A stretch of DNA of 36,620 nucleotides from assembly GCA_000826855.1 (NCBI GenBank), contig JTLS01000055.1:1-36620 (forward strand), in the 5' to 3' direction. The stretch's first letter is position 1. Each line of letters begins with the position of its first letter. The notes beneath the pieces are model-generated. The model did no database searches, was not told the DNA's origin, and saw nothing but the letters and a program-made list of their open reading frames with translations. Source of the DNA: Basidioascus undulatus. Lineage: Eukaryota. Below, one piece after another: positions 1 through 19,452 of the stretch. The translations under genes and the position numbers were made by a program.

Positions 1-90
1 AGAGGTCCAGATTTTGAGGTCGGGGGCTATGGAGTCTTGCTTGCTTTCCTTGCGCGCTTGACTGCATGTCGAGGTGGGGATTGCACTCGT

Positions 91-150
91 GTCTTACATT
101 TACCTTTGATGCGAGCGTTTGTCTTACATTTTCCTTTGATGCGAGCGTTT
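91..150. repeat. 30-bp tandem duplication (2 copies)
   Basis: 91-120 gtcttacatttacctttgatgcgagcgttt vs 121-150 gtcttacattttcctttgatgcgagcgttt; one mismatch. Confidence 0.9.
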
Positions 151-526
151 CAACTGACCCACTCAACCCACATCGGTGCACATTGCAGGGAGGAGGTCAG
201 AAATTGAGCATGCGCCAGGACTGCTAGCGGAGACAGGCAGCCTTTCACGTTCATTCTCGGCTCTCAAATGTCAGAGGATCAGTTGGCCGTCCTGGTGGCT
301 TTAAGTTGCGTTGGGCAGATGTACTGAATAGGCAGCCGTGTTTGCCGACACAACCGTACTCCAGCCCATCTTGACACTACAAAGGTTGCACTGACTTCCG
401 TAGCCTCGGCCGTCCGTCGGCAAGAGGGCGTCTTCTCTTCATCCCTGATCACTATGCCCCTTGAACTCGCTCGCTCGCCCATCTTGCACAATAATTACCC
501 TTAACACTCTCGCTTCGATCACTCAC

Positions 527-1446
527 ATGTCCCAAAATATTCTCCTCGACTTACCGCCCTAGCTCTCCGCGTTCATCCGCTCCCTGCTGCCTCTTTCCGC
601 GCTCGTCGTGTTTTCGCAGACGTGCAGACGGGCTCGGGCGTTCTTCGACGAAGAATTCTTCGCTTGGGAGCTATGCGCTCAAGGGCTTGGCGCTCCACTC
701 CACTACGCCGCCGAGGCGGCAGCTCGAGTGCGGATTGCCGCCCGGCTCTTGAGCAAGCTGTCGTGCAAGAACTTTTGGACGAAGGAGACGCAGCACGTGC
801 TGTCCGTGTACTCAGACGGGTATAAGTGCGCATGAATCTTTCCGCCTTATTCATAACCCCCTGATTCCTTTCTGTAATACTTCGAAATCCAGCCGAACAG
901 ACCTCCATGCGACCCTTCCCTTCGGTCTCCCACGTCGCACACGGGTCTCCAGCTCACTTTTAACGGACTCATCGTGGCCTGATACTTCTTCTATCTGTCT
1001 ATAGAAAGCACTTCGCCCTTCACAGTGACGCAGTATGTCCCACTGCTAGTCTGTAAAGGCGGATGGCCTCGAGTACGCTCCAAGGTGCACGACCCAGACC
1101 CGTCTGACTACTACGACACGCAGGCGGAGCTCCACAACATCCGCACCTCGCCGCGATGTTTTGCAGCTCTCCGTCCGTGAAGGAAGTCGGGCTGTTCATC
1201 AAGGGATACGTGGACGACTACGAGGGCGAGGACATTCCGGACTTGCACGGCACCGTCACCAACCACGGGGTGACCGTCGCTGACTTTGTACGCAAGGTGC
1301 ACAGAATGTGGGTGTGTTTCAACAAAACTCGCAGCGAACATCAATCCATTTGTCCCAACAGGATGGACGGATCGGGGCATAACTACGCGAAGTTCCCTCT
1401 TGCGAGCACGGCGCCAGACAAGGTCGAGAAGAGTGTCGGCATGTGA
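527..1446 (+). pseudogene. F-box protein pseudogene
   Basis: ATG 527 reads MSQNILLDLPP*LSAFIRSLLPLSALVVFSQTCRRARAFF, an F-box-like motif. An in-frame TAG at 560-562 sits where E is expected. ORF 1156-1446 (..TNHGVTVADFV..) is a plausible downstream part. The 3' structure is uncertain. Confidence 0.6.
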
Positions 1447-2269
1447 GTAGGGCAGTTTTGCTAACGGGGATACAGCACTTCAAACCGTTGGTATTTCTTT
1501 GTTGGCATGATTAGCATGGGGGCTGGATTGAAGATGGACAGCGCAGGACGCGCTGAAGCTGACCTTGAGTTCCTTTAGCTTCGATAGGCTGGGTTCTGGA
1601 TCTAGCGATGTTTCAACGTTGCCAATGCGTGTAGTTTGAGCATGCTTAGTGCCACCAGGGAAAAAAAAAATTGAGTAGGTATGAACGAGTGACGGTCACC
1701 GATGAAAGCTCGGGCGACCAGCGCCGTGCCCGGCAGCTCGGTCAGAGGGCTTGGCGCGTACTCTTCAGAGCAAGCAGGGGTAGTACGGTGATTTTAATAG
1801 GAGAGATAAGGGAAGTCGACATGCGGGGTAGATGCGCAAACAGTCCGCCGCTGGGCGCAGTCGCCGGCAACAGCCCACTTAAGGGTTCCGCCCAGCCCAC
1901 TGAGTGATGTTTTACTTGAGGATTAGGCCTCTCAAGTCCGACTTTAATATGCATACAGCTATCGCTGACTTTCCAAATTCCAGTTACTGCGCTTCGATGG
2001 GATTTACAGCAACATACCAGAGAGGGAAAGAGGAAATGAACGGCGCATCGCCGTGCACCTTGAAGCCACACAGGACTCTGCACTACAAGTAAAATGAAAT
2101 CCCATGCTGAATATCGGAGTCCATCTGTACCCGATGCACTCTGCAATGTCGCTCGAGGCTCAAAGTGCGCACGCAAGATTATCCTGCGAAGCGGAACAGC
2201 TGCGCTAGAGCCACCGCCCAAATGTGCCCCGGCCGTCGTGCGTGGCGGTCAGACACAAACCCCCACAAC

Positions 2270-3100
2270 ATGCCCGCTTCAGTTCATGTCGACTTTCCAT
2301 ATGAGCACGCCGGGATTACATTTCTTCATCGGACGATGTGACGTTCTACGTCTCCCCCGACACGCTGAGGCAGAATTCGATGGTCTTCCGCGACATGCTC
2401 TCCTCTCGTTGCACGAGCACGAAGGGATCGGGTCCGAGGCGATCAAGCTTGAGGAGCCGTAAAAACTGGTTTATTCCATGCTGTGCCTGCTCGACCCAGA
2501 CAAAGTGGATGGGGCAATGTACAACGACATCAACCACTGCGCCGCTGTCCTTCACTGCCTGGACAAGTATCAGGTTGGACTGGCGGTATTCGCGGTGACC
2601 CGGCGGCTACTTGCTCTCATTCAAGAGTACCCTTACAGTTCCATCAGGTTATTCGGCGTTTTCACCAACATGGGCTTGCACAAGGCGTCTGTTGCCCTCA
2701 TAACGGCGGCCAAGCAGCCGCTGCGCAATATCGACGACGCCACGACCCAGGGTCTGGGTCTGGCAGCCTTTCCAATACTTGTCAAAGCGCATATGCAAGC
2801 ACTCGTAGAGTGCTCGCCGCGAAGTGGACTGTTTGATATGTGAGTCTGCCGGCCCGCCATGCAGACGCGTTCTGACGCCCAATACGATGCCCAGGCTGTG
2901 ATCGCAGGACAAACCACCTGGTGTCCAGTAGTGTGCGGCGCTCTCGTGTTCCTGCGATCCTCCAGGATATAAACAAGTGGACGGGTGTAAACGATCTCAA
3001 TCTTATGCAATATGAATTGATTCAGCCGCCTCAGGCTTGGCACTTCGGAGACGCCCTTCGCCTCGCACGAACTTCTCCAAAACCGCCTTACAGTGTATTT
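2270..3100 (+). pseudogene. BTB/POZ-domain protein pseudogene
   Basis: Pieces in different frames: MPASVHVDFPYEHAGITFL / SSDDVTFYVSPDTLRQNSMVFRDMLSS / EAIKLEEP*KLVYSMLCLLDP...AAVLHCLDKYQV. These match the fungal BTB pattern (SSD..F.V....L...S.VF.DM; I.L.E; DKY). TAA at 2460-2462 plus frameshifts. End approximate. Confidence 0.65.
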
Positions 3101-3177
3101 ACCACCATACTACTAGAGACAGCCCCAAGGTATAATTTGTGGTCATACAGCCGTTTACGCCCAATGGCCCAGCGCTC

Positions 3178-4999
3178 GTCACTTCAGCGATACACCCTCC
3201 GCCTCCCAAAGCGTGCCCTCAATCGCCCCCTCCATCATCAAGTCCGACACACTACGCGCCTGGCGCCCGCTCCTCAGCTTCTCATGCCTCTTGCACATCA
3301 GAACAGCCTGGGACCAGGTTCCGTCGGCCAGAACCCGCGCATTATGTTCAACATGCTCTGAACCAGCAGGTTGTACGCAGCGTCATCGAGTAGCATGCGT
3401 ACGGACTGGAGTAACGGCGCGCACCCGATGAAATAGCGATACGTTTGCAGCATATGCTGCGCGGTGGAATGATACAGAGCCAAGGGGGGGCGGGGGTGGA
3501 GGTGTTGCACATGAGCGCCTCAAGACTGTCAAACGGATGGCACAGGAAAACTACGCTGCGTGCAGTCCATCTGTCCAGTCTACGCAACCAGGCGGCCTAG
3601 CCGCTCGGGCGTCCGCGTAAAGACAGCAACATCCGATGAGTGCCTAGTCCAGACGACCTCGACGAGGTGAAGACTCTGGGAGGCGTAAAGGGCCTCGAGC
3701 GCCTAGGAGCCTCTCGGCAAATGATGGATGAAGCTTCTGTCAATCGCGAGGCGACGCAGGTTGGGTGTCCGGCTAAAGATGAGAGCAAGCTCAAACATCG
3801 TTGCGTCCTCGCTGGACTCTTCGGCCAAGCGTAGCAGCACAAGCGACTCCAGCGGCGCGCCGAGCGAAGGTTCTCCCAGCAGCCTGAGGGCCAAAGCCTT
3901 GATCTTATGAGCAGTGCTGAGAACGATGGACGGGTAGACGTGCTTTCCAGCCATGTGGCGCACGGCGTGCGATACGAGACAGAGGGATGCGAGCGTCGAC
4001 GAGTTGTGTGTGTACTAAGGTTCTCACCATTTCTATTTGCAAACAATTTGCAATATACACAATGTTTAAAGAACTATATGTTTTTGTCGCTTTGCACAAA
4101 CGGAAACCGAAACGGTACAGTTTAAAACTGTTACAGGCTGACTGCCAGTGAAGGCTTGGGAAACACGGTCAGACGACATCGCTATCAAGTCGCTCTGGCT
4201 TGGATTGCCCTTCACACTCAATATGAGTTTATATGCTATTTAAATATGGCTGCGTAAATATGGTGCGCACCTGTAAGTGATGCTGCGTAGGGTACTGATT
4301 GATTGGCACCCCAGTGGCGAGTTGCAGGTATATCCACTAGTGAAGTCTTGTCAAACCAGCTGGAGGAAGGGTATCAGCTTGATAATGAGTTCAAGTGACA
4401 AACAACAAAGTTTGGGTCATACAATGAAGACTTCAAGGCACCAGGGACTCCACTGCGGCTGTAGTCTAAGTGTACATGTTGGATGCCTCTTGTCTTCATC
4501 TCTGTATTAATGTGTAGGGGTAAACAAACTCAAAATTTTCTCAAACCAATAAGGGCTGTCATACAGCCTGGTTGAGCACATCAAAAGTGCCTTTCAAAAT
4601 GTCTTTCCTTGTCCACGCGTGCGGGGACCGGCCACACACTGATCTTTACACATCAATGATATGCATGGGCTTGTTATCTAGTGCTTATATGTCTCGGAGA
4701 ACTTGTGGTTATGCCATTGATTGTCCAAGAACCAGTGGGACGTGAAATCTCAATCAGGTGTGCTCGGCTGAGGCTGCTGGAGCGCTTGTGCACACGCACA
4801 ATTCTCGCATCACTGCAAACAGTTTGTAAACAGTTTACAAAAATTTGAAGACGTTTATACCGTTTCCGTTTGTTTTTATGGCAATGTGCAAACGAAAACT
4901 GAATGGTGAGACCCTTAGTGCGTACGCGAGCGGGTGCGGCGGAGCGGCCACCGCTCGACGATGAGATGGATGATCGATAGGAAGGGCGAGCGTAGGCAT
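3178..4999 (-). pseudogene. F-box-like gene, paralog of 20499-21345, frameshifted and interrupted by a TIR element
   Basis: ATG 4999 (MPTLALPI..IHLIVE.VAAPPHPLA) resumes after the insertion as STLASLCLVSHAVRHMAGKHVYPSIVL...LRRLAIDR and YRYFIGCAPLLQSVRMLLDDAAYNLL. These blocks are colinear with the 20.5-21.3 kb gene. Confidence 0.75.
4004..4929. mobile_element. Non-autonomous DNA transposon / MITE-like element with imperfect TIRs
   Basis: Left ACTAAGGTTCTCACCATT (4014-4031) vs reverse complement of the right end ACTAAGGGTCTCACCATT (4902-4919). Both ends share an inverted subterminal ACAAACGGAAAC. The interior is AT-rich with no recognisable transposase. The sequence is absent from the paralogous gene. 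Core 4018-4915 is flanked by TA on both sides. Confidence 0.75.
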
Positions 5000-5360
5000 G
5001 GCGAACGGGCACTCAAAGGTAAAAATGTGAGTGAATGCTATTCAAGAATAGCTCCAAATGCAGTGAGGAGGTGGTTGTGGTGAAAGAGAAAGAGCGGTGG
5101 GGCGCCCGGATCACAGCGAGCCACTCACTGTCGGCAATGTGAATTCAAGACCGAAAGCGGCTCGACTTAATGCGGTCGTCCAGTCCAGAGTGCGCAAGCA
5201 GTCTTGGATCCCACCGCCACCACCGGCTGGCACCAGTCTTATACACCGCCTCTGTTTCCTTCTTTCCCTCCTCACGACCCAGTTTTCTGTTGGAGTACTG
5301 TCCCCGCTACACCTCGCCGACGCTCGCTCGCCACAACCCCCATCTCGCCCGCCTTCCGCC

Positions 5361-9521
<4,161 letters not shown>

Positions 9522-9945
9522 TGCGGCTGCCTCGGGACGGGCTGGGATGGTTGGACTTTGCGGGATGGTTTGGGCTTGTGGATTCTTAACACGAATGTTG
9601 TCAATGCCGCTTGGAGTCGATTGACTTTCGCATGTTGTACCAGCTTGCAGATTGCGGTTGCGCCTGTACCGCACAGTTCCAGACATACCTTTTCTTCTTA
9701 CTAGGCTTTGATTGTTACACGGTTCCTGCAGAAGAAAAGCGCCAGTGAACATACCGCCCCCACGCCCCCGCGCGACCGTGTGCAAGACAATCGGCAGTCG
9801 GCCGTGGGAGCGTCTTCGTCATCGCGGCGGCCCAAAGAATTCGTGGAATTCGGCTCGGCTGCCCGCTGCGGTCGTCATGTCCCCATCACCTCCTCGCACG
9901 ACCACACTCTCCGACTTTTCTGGACCATACACCAGAAAGCTCATA

Positions 9946-12060
<2,115 letters not shown>

Positions 12061-12721
12061 TCACGACGCTTGGTGCTCAAGTTCATTGTCACATTTCGGA
12101 CACTTGTTTGTTTTGCTTTCATGCATTACCTCGCTTCCCCTTTCAGCAAGATTCGGCATGTCTGCCTCTGCGAGGTTCAGCAAGTCTGCACATTGTACAT
12201 TCTCAGCTCAAGGGTTCAGAAGCAACCGCACTCCGTCCAGCGCCAGGCCTCTCCCAACCTATCGGAAGTTATCAGCAGCAGACTGCATTTCAACGAAGTG
12301 GGCTGACGACGAGGTTCCGTCAAGCAATCTTGCAAGCAACGATCGCGGAACGGGCTAACTGTTGCACGTTGCCTGCCCTCCGAAGTCCTTTTAACGTACA
12401 ATATACTATTTGCCAAGGGATTATCATCGAATTTCACCTTAATCTTCATAAATGCATTTGCAGATGTACACTCAATGCAGCGCCGACACAGCCCCTGTCG
12501 AAGTCGCTGTCGCCTTGTGGAATTCTGACAGCTTCGCGGGTATGCGTCCTCGAACTTCCCCTTCCTTCACCATCTCCGCTTGTCCCCGCATCGGCCGGGC
12601 TTGTCCTTGGTATTCGGGTCTGCATGGAAGATCATGCTCCGCAACCTCCCGGGCGCATCAAAAGGGGAAGGGCCGTCGAGCCTTGTTCTTCCACACTCTC
12701 ATCTCATACGATCTTGCCACT

Positions 12722-14787
12722 ATGCACGGACTCGACACTGTTACGGAGGATCCCACCAAGCCCACTCCCTTCAGGATCATCATAGTTGGGGGTGGTGAGT
12801 CTATTGAAACTCGGGCCGGGAGATCCTCCGCATGCTGACCGCAGTCATTTTCAGGCATCGGCGGCCTCGCCTGCTTCATCGAATCTCGCCTGCGCGGGCA
12901 CGAAGTCACTATCTTCAACAAAGCGCGCCGTTTCCAGCGCTTGGGCGACAGCATATCCATCTTCCCCAACTCAGCTCGGCTCCTCGAGCGATGGGACCTT
13001 CATTAGCGGTTAAAGGGACTCGCGGGCCACGCGACGACTTTACACTTTTTCTCCTCGGACGGGACGAAACTCTTCGACAAGCCGTGGGGAGGGGGCGAAC
13101 GCGCTGACGGCACTCGGGCACTCGAGCTTCACCGGGCCGATTTGCATGAGGTCTTAATCGGCGCATCTCATTTGATTACTGGTCTGAAAGCTGCAGTTCT
13201 GAGAGGGACTGCCGGCACAGCTCGGGCGACGGAACTCGGTGTGCGGGTGCGCCTGGGCGCTGCCACCACCCGATATGAAGAGGTGCGTAACATGAGACTC
13301 TCTATCTGTGGCTCAGATGCACTTGCACTACCCGGGACCGTCCACAGACACAGCGAGAAGCTGCGGTTACCATTAACGGTGGGCAATTAAACCCGGGGAG
13401 ACGTCGAAGCGGCTGCTGATGAATATGTTCGCAGGCGAGCGTTTCAGAGCTGACGCCATCATTGGAGCGGATGGTATGAACCGAGTTCCCGCTCATAGTG
13501 TCTTACTGTGTAGCTGATTGTCGGGCTGCAGGAGTCAAGTCTAAAGCGAGGGAGCGGTGCTGGGCTACATTGATCATCCGAAGTCGGTTGGTGCGTTCGC
13601 TTGTGACTCTACGACACCCTGTTCTGCTTCCCTTACAGTTGTTTCACAGGCTACTCTGTTTACCGAGCCTTCTTCGACGCCGACCGCATCAGGGCAGACC
13701 CCGCATGCGCGGCGTTTGCACCCGAGGGCGTTGACGAGCGTACGTCTGGTAAGTCCACATACGTACGAGGAGGAAGTTTTAAGTCTGGGCTGAAGAAACT
13801 CCCTTTTGAATCTAGGGTCGGCACGGGTGTGCACTTCTCCTTCACGACGCTGCGGGGTGGCAAGGACGCGAACTGGACGTTGATCCACAAGGCAAGCTGG
13901 CTCTTCTTCAAACTTACGATTCATAACGCGAGGTGACAGATTGCATCTTAGAATAGGACGACAGCCCGATCAAGGAGTCGTGGTCGAACCCTGGCAGCCT
14001 GTCGGACGCTCTTGAGGTCGTGAAGGACTGGGCGTGCCCGGCGGTCAAGGCCATCATGCAGGCCACGCCCGAAGGCATCCTCGTCGATTGGAAACTCGTG
14101 GCGTGCGAGCCCCTTCCGACCATAACGAGCAAGTTCGGACATATCACGCTGCTCGGTGAGTAGTCGGGGTTGAACAGTCGGGTATCGAAGGGAGAGGCTG
14201 ATGCTGGGCGGGATCGGAAAGGTGATGCTGCGCACCCGTTCTTGCCGACGAGCATGCAAAGTGCGTCCCAGCGCGTTATTCCTTAGCTTTTCTGAAGAGC
14301 TATGCTCAGTTTCACCGTGACAGGTGCATCGCAAGCCATCGAAGACGCAGCGACGATCGCCGCCTGACTGTCCTTGTCCTGTCCGAAGTGCGTCCCGACT
14401 GCGCTGCGCACGTACGGGAAGATGCGGTACCAGCGGGTGCACAAGGCCCAAGCTGTACCTCTTTGTGTTCCTCTGAAGGCCCTGAGACGAGCTGATAGAG
14501 ATCCTTCACAGTTGGACGTCAAGAACAGGGAGCTGTGGCACGGCTTCATTCCCGGCTTGAGCGAGCCGGAGAACCTGAAACTGATCTGGGAGGACTGGTT
14601 GTTGTGAGTCGCTCTAAACGAACGTAACAAAGGCATTATTCTTACCGATTGTTTCTCAACAGCGATCACGACGCCGTCATGGACGATCCTGCTCAACTAC
14701 CAGAAAGTCTCTGCATCACTCGATAACGGTGGAACAACCTGTGCGCCTCCATCATCAACAATATATCCGTTTCCAGACTTATGCTGA
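12722..14787 (+). pseudogene. FAD-dependent monooxygenase (salicylate hydroxylase-like) pseudogene
   Basis: Spliced IIIVGGGIGGLA (GxGxxG), HRADLHE, LLGDAAHPFLPTSMQ.ASQAIEDA. In-frame TAG 13004-13006, in-frame TGA 14365-14367, and a frameshift near 13552. 3' end approximate. Confidence 0.8.
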
Positions 14788-15477
14788 TGGTCCCTTCCGA
14801 ATCAGGGCACGGCAAGGCACTACCGAAGCGCGCCAAGGTCAAGCTTCCGCCTCTGAACGGCGAGGACGCCTCGATGCGGAGCTTGACCCGACTCGGACTC
14901 GCAGCAGTCGGGCAAAGTGTCTGCTACCTGAGGCTGGTTCTCGTTTCGGGGGCTTCTTGTGGTTCCACTTACACTTTCGTTGCCAATTCCCGCATGTTGT
15001 CGATTTCCCTATTGCATAGACACCCTTCTCATGCCGCGCGACGCTGGCAGTGTGGGAGAGAACAAGGAGTGTCAGCGAAACGCAAACGTGATAATGAGGA
15101 AGGAGTAAGGAGGTCTTGTAAAAGTAGTGTGGTGACGAAGGTTTTGAGCGTTCGGCGGAAGAGACGCCAGCTTTGGGCAAGGACAACACGCAGGGGATCG
15201 TCCCCGGCGACCGCAACGGATTCAACTCGTCTCCGAGAGCTTCGAAGTGGCCTGCTAGGTCGACAGAACCCTCAAATTTCCCTCACACATGTTAGCGAAG
15301 GATATGAGATGAATTGCAACAAGAACGACGTGCGATGCGAAGCGTGAGATGTGGGCGAGTACGAAAGTGCGAGTACAGCAAAGCGATGAGGTATAGCGAA
15401 ATTATGCGCATGGACAACCAAGAAATGCGAGAAGTGTCAAATCAACGCGAAAGAGAAAACGTCCCTCCCACCCGACA

Positions 15478-16653
15478 TCAAAACTCCAACCCGACCCCTC
15501 CGCCGCCCGCCGCGATCCCCAAGCTCTTCGCCAACTCCTCATGTCTCCTGCTCTCCCTCTCCGCGCGCTTGAGCTCCTTCCTTAAGTCCACTTCCCGCGC
15601 CACAATGCGCGTCTGCATTCCGGAGATGAGCATCCGCACCGCCTCCATCTGCGCCGCGAGCGCCGCGGGGTCCGCACCCCCGCCGGCGCTATCAGCAGCG
15701 TCTGCAGCTGTAGGGTGTTCGGGCTCCTCCTCGGTAGTCGATGGGAGCGGGGGGGAGATGGTCGCGGAGGCGGAGGCGGAGGCGGAGGCGGAGGCGGAGG
15801 CGGGGGAGCTGGAGATGGAGGAGGAGGGCATGTGGAGGAACCCGCCCGAGAGGCGCTTGGCGGCGCGGGAAGGGACTGCTGCGGGTGAGGAGAGCGGGTT
15901 GGACGGGCCGAGGGAGAGCGCGGACTGGAGCGTAGCGCGGGTGAGGATGTGTGTGGTTGTTGGTGGGCAATTGATGAATGGGGAGGAAGATCGCACGCAC
16001 CTCCCAATCGGGCCCGCATAGCCTCGCTAGCTCCGCCGCGAGCACCTTCTCCCGCTTTTTGCTCTTCTCGAGCTCGAACATGACCTATCCCACATCCCAT
16101 GTCGCTTGAGCACCCAACTTGTCCAGCCAAGAGAATGAGGAAGGCGAAGGTCGCACACCTTCTCGTTCTCCCGCTGCGTGCCAGCGAGGATGTCCTGGAA
16201 CCCCACCAACCACTGTAAGCTTGATTTGCATGTGATATAGGGAAAAATAACACACCTCCTGCGCCGAAAACTCGCGCTCAAGTTGTGTCTGCTCATCGCG
16301 CGACAAGCGCTCCTTCAGCTGCTCCTGAAGCGAGCCGACCTGCTCCTTCAACTGCACCCGCAGTCCCGTCCCTCCCGCGGTGTCAAACCTCCCCCTTCTC
16401 CTCGTGAACTCCGAAGCAGGCGCACCCGATCCTTCTCATGGTCCGCCTCCAACAACGACCGCTTGAGATGGGCAATCTCCGCCAGTAGCTCCCTGTTCTG
16501 CTGCTCGAGCGAGACGTCGTCCGCCCCCACTCCCGCTGCGAGCGCGCGGATGGAGAGCGAGGACGGCCGGATCGGAGCGCCCATGTCGTCCAGCCCCGCG
16601 GCGGCGGCGGTAAGGCCGCCTCGGGCGGGTGTGAGCGTGTTGGCACGACGCAT
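15478..16653 (-). CDS. Hypothetical coiled-coil protein (about 5 exons)
   Basis: MRRANTLTPARG...LEQQNRELLAEIAHLKRSLLEADHEKDR|LKEQVGSLQEQLKERLSRDEQTQLEREFSAQE|DILAGTQRENEK|VMFELEKSKKREKVLAAELARLCGPDWE|Ser/Pro-rich linker...C-terminal helix. GT-AG junctions keep the frame. The last acceptor was not resolved. Confidence 0.7.
15764..15802. repeat. (GCGGAG)6 microsatellite encoding an (SA)n tract
   Basis: Six perfect hexamers inside the last exon of the minus-strand coiled-coil gene. Confidence 0.9.
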
Positions 16654-16955
16654 CGTGTTGCCGGTTATGAGGTTCGGGTTCAAGGAGTCGAAATGTCCAA
16701 GCGCAGGGCGAAATCACGCGCGAATAATGTCGCGTCGCTTAATGACAGCGGGCCGTCTGACACTTCTGACATCCTTCTTGGACTGGTCTGCACGCGCAAC
16801 TCGAAAGACACAGTAAGGAATAATGGTGCGATGCGAATTACAAATACTTTTACAAAGCGAGGGTATAGGCGTTACGGAGGGCATGGTCAGGTATGAAGAA
16901 CGGGGAACTGAACGACCATCATGCGCAGGCACGACGCGTGAGCGCCGCGTCCCGC

Positions 16956-17703
<748 letters not shown>

Positions 17704-17761
17704 TGCTGTTGGGGGTGTGGAGCGTAAATTGTGGTGGTGGATTAAGGTCAAGGGTGATGCG

Positions 17762-17874
17762 ACGCGTCGAGGAGGTGGTGGTGGGATGAAGGCAAGTCAC
17801 ATCCGCAGCCCGAACGCGCTCTTGTACGCGCCATGCCCACCAGTCAGACGCAATTTCCGGCATCGCCAACGCGT
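17762..17874. promoter_or_regulatory. Putative MCB (ACGCGT) cell-cycle boxes upstream of H3
   Basis: ACGCGT at 17762-17767 and 17869-17874, with two further ACGCG cores between them, within 175 bp of the H3 ATG. Confidence 0.35.
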
Positions 17875-18395
17875 TGGGAGGAAATTACTCAGACCTTTCT
17901 TTTTGGTTTCGTTGCTCTGATAGGCTCACTTTTCTGAATGTTCAAGCTGAGTGCCAGCGCTCAAGCAGCTGTGGTGCCTATGTAACACCTGTCGTCGACT
18001 GCTCGCCGACCGGATGTTAAGTGTATAATTATCCTTTCTCGATGGATTGCGAATCAGAGAGTCTTAAATTTTTCATTGTGCACAAATTCATAGTCCCGGT
18101 TCTGACTTGGGAGCTTTATATGATCGAGTGACAGATGTAAGCAACGCTTTACCTGATACTACTCACAATCCTAACTTTTTGTTATCGGGAGAGCTGCCAC
18201 TTCCCATATAAGAAGTTGCAAGGAGAACGAGTACGTAGTGAGCTCCCGGGCTGCGGTGGGCCTGAAGCGTCAGAGAGAACCTTCGCCGTGCGACATTGGC
18301 CGCACCTTGACTCCCGACCATCATCTCACTTTCGCAACTTCCGCACGAGCCTTTCGCCTAACCATTACTACCCAACATCAGTACCCAACCGCCCC

Positions 18396-19452
18396 ATGTG
18401 CAACGAGGCTGCATCGCCTCTCAGTTCAGGGCTGTGGGGACGGTTCAAATCCACTGCCAATTGCGTCGACAGTGGACTCGTGGCAGCTCACAACGTCGCG
18501 AAGCTCTACCCGAAGTATAAGGTGCGCTGTACGCCAGACTTCTCCATCAAGTGTGAGGCTCATCTCCCAAGGAACCTGGACCGCCAGCCTGTCCGCCTTG
18601 CCCTCGACCTGACCGCGCCCCGGCGCGCCCGTGGGACGCTGTTCGTTTTGTCGGCAGCGACCTTCACCTTCGCTTCGCTTCCTAGCGAAGTTCTCGAGCT
18701 GCTCTCCTCGACCTCCTTGTACTGGAGCAGCTCCATGCTTTCTACGGCAAGATGCTCGAGCATCCCCTTTTTGGTGCCGCGGGCGATGACGTCGTCCTGG
18801 ATTACTGGACTACACCCGAATTTCTGGAGCAGCATGAACTGTTCTCTATGGAGGGCATGTTCGGATTATATTTACGAGGGCTGCATCAAAGTCACCTCAG
18901 CCTGTCGCCATCCCCGCCTCTTCCACAAGTCGTGTCCGGCTAAACTCCCCGTTTCAAAAGGCCGCAGATGCTCGCGGCTTGCTGGAAGATCACGGTCTTG
19001 TACTGCTGTCTTGGGGAACTTCGAACAACGACGAGGGTCTCACGCCACCTGCGATCGGCCTGCCCATCTACGTCAACGGCAAGCGCTGCGTCGAGATGCC
19101 CAAGCTCCGGTGCTCCGAACAGCATAAGCAGCAGTCGCTGATGCGCATCGACCCTGCCGCCTTTATCCTAACCGATGAGCAGAGGGACAGGGTTTCACGC
19201 TTCTTGCGGGAGTTCGGGATCGATGCGGTGAGCGGGCGCAAGGACGTGCTGGAATTCTCGCGGGGAGCTCCGGCGGGAGATGATGCCGGGTCCGACAAGG
19301 CTGTCGAGCCCTGCTTCATGCTGGTGCATGTCCACGAGGCGTTCTACTGTGATTTGAGAGGGCTTGTGTCGCGCTTGTGTCCGCATGCAATGGATTTGCA
19401 GTCTACGTTGCAGTCACCGTTGCAGCCTGCGTTGCAGAGATGGTTTGCCTGA
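18396..19452 (+). pseudogene. Degenerate F-box-like hypothetical gene
   Basis: Coding-like sequence jumps frames across ORFs 18216-19127, 18752-18943 and 18979-19452. Contains FASLPSEVLELL, an F-box-like start, and a probable GTGCGC intron donor near 18522. Confidence 0.4.

Noticed and set aside
91..150. 30-bp direct repeats as a CRISPR-like array
   Set aside because: Two adjacent copies with no spacer, in a eukaryotic context. It is a simple tandem duplication.
1661..1670. A10 run as a retroposon tail
   Set aside because: No target-site duplication or upstream element is recognisable.
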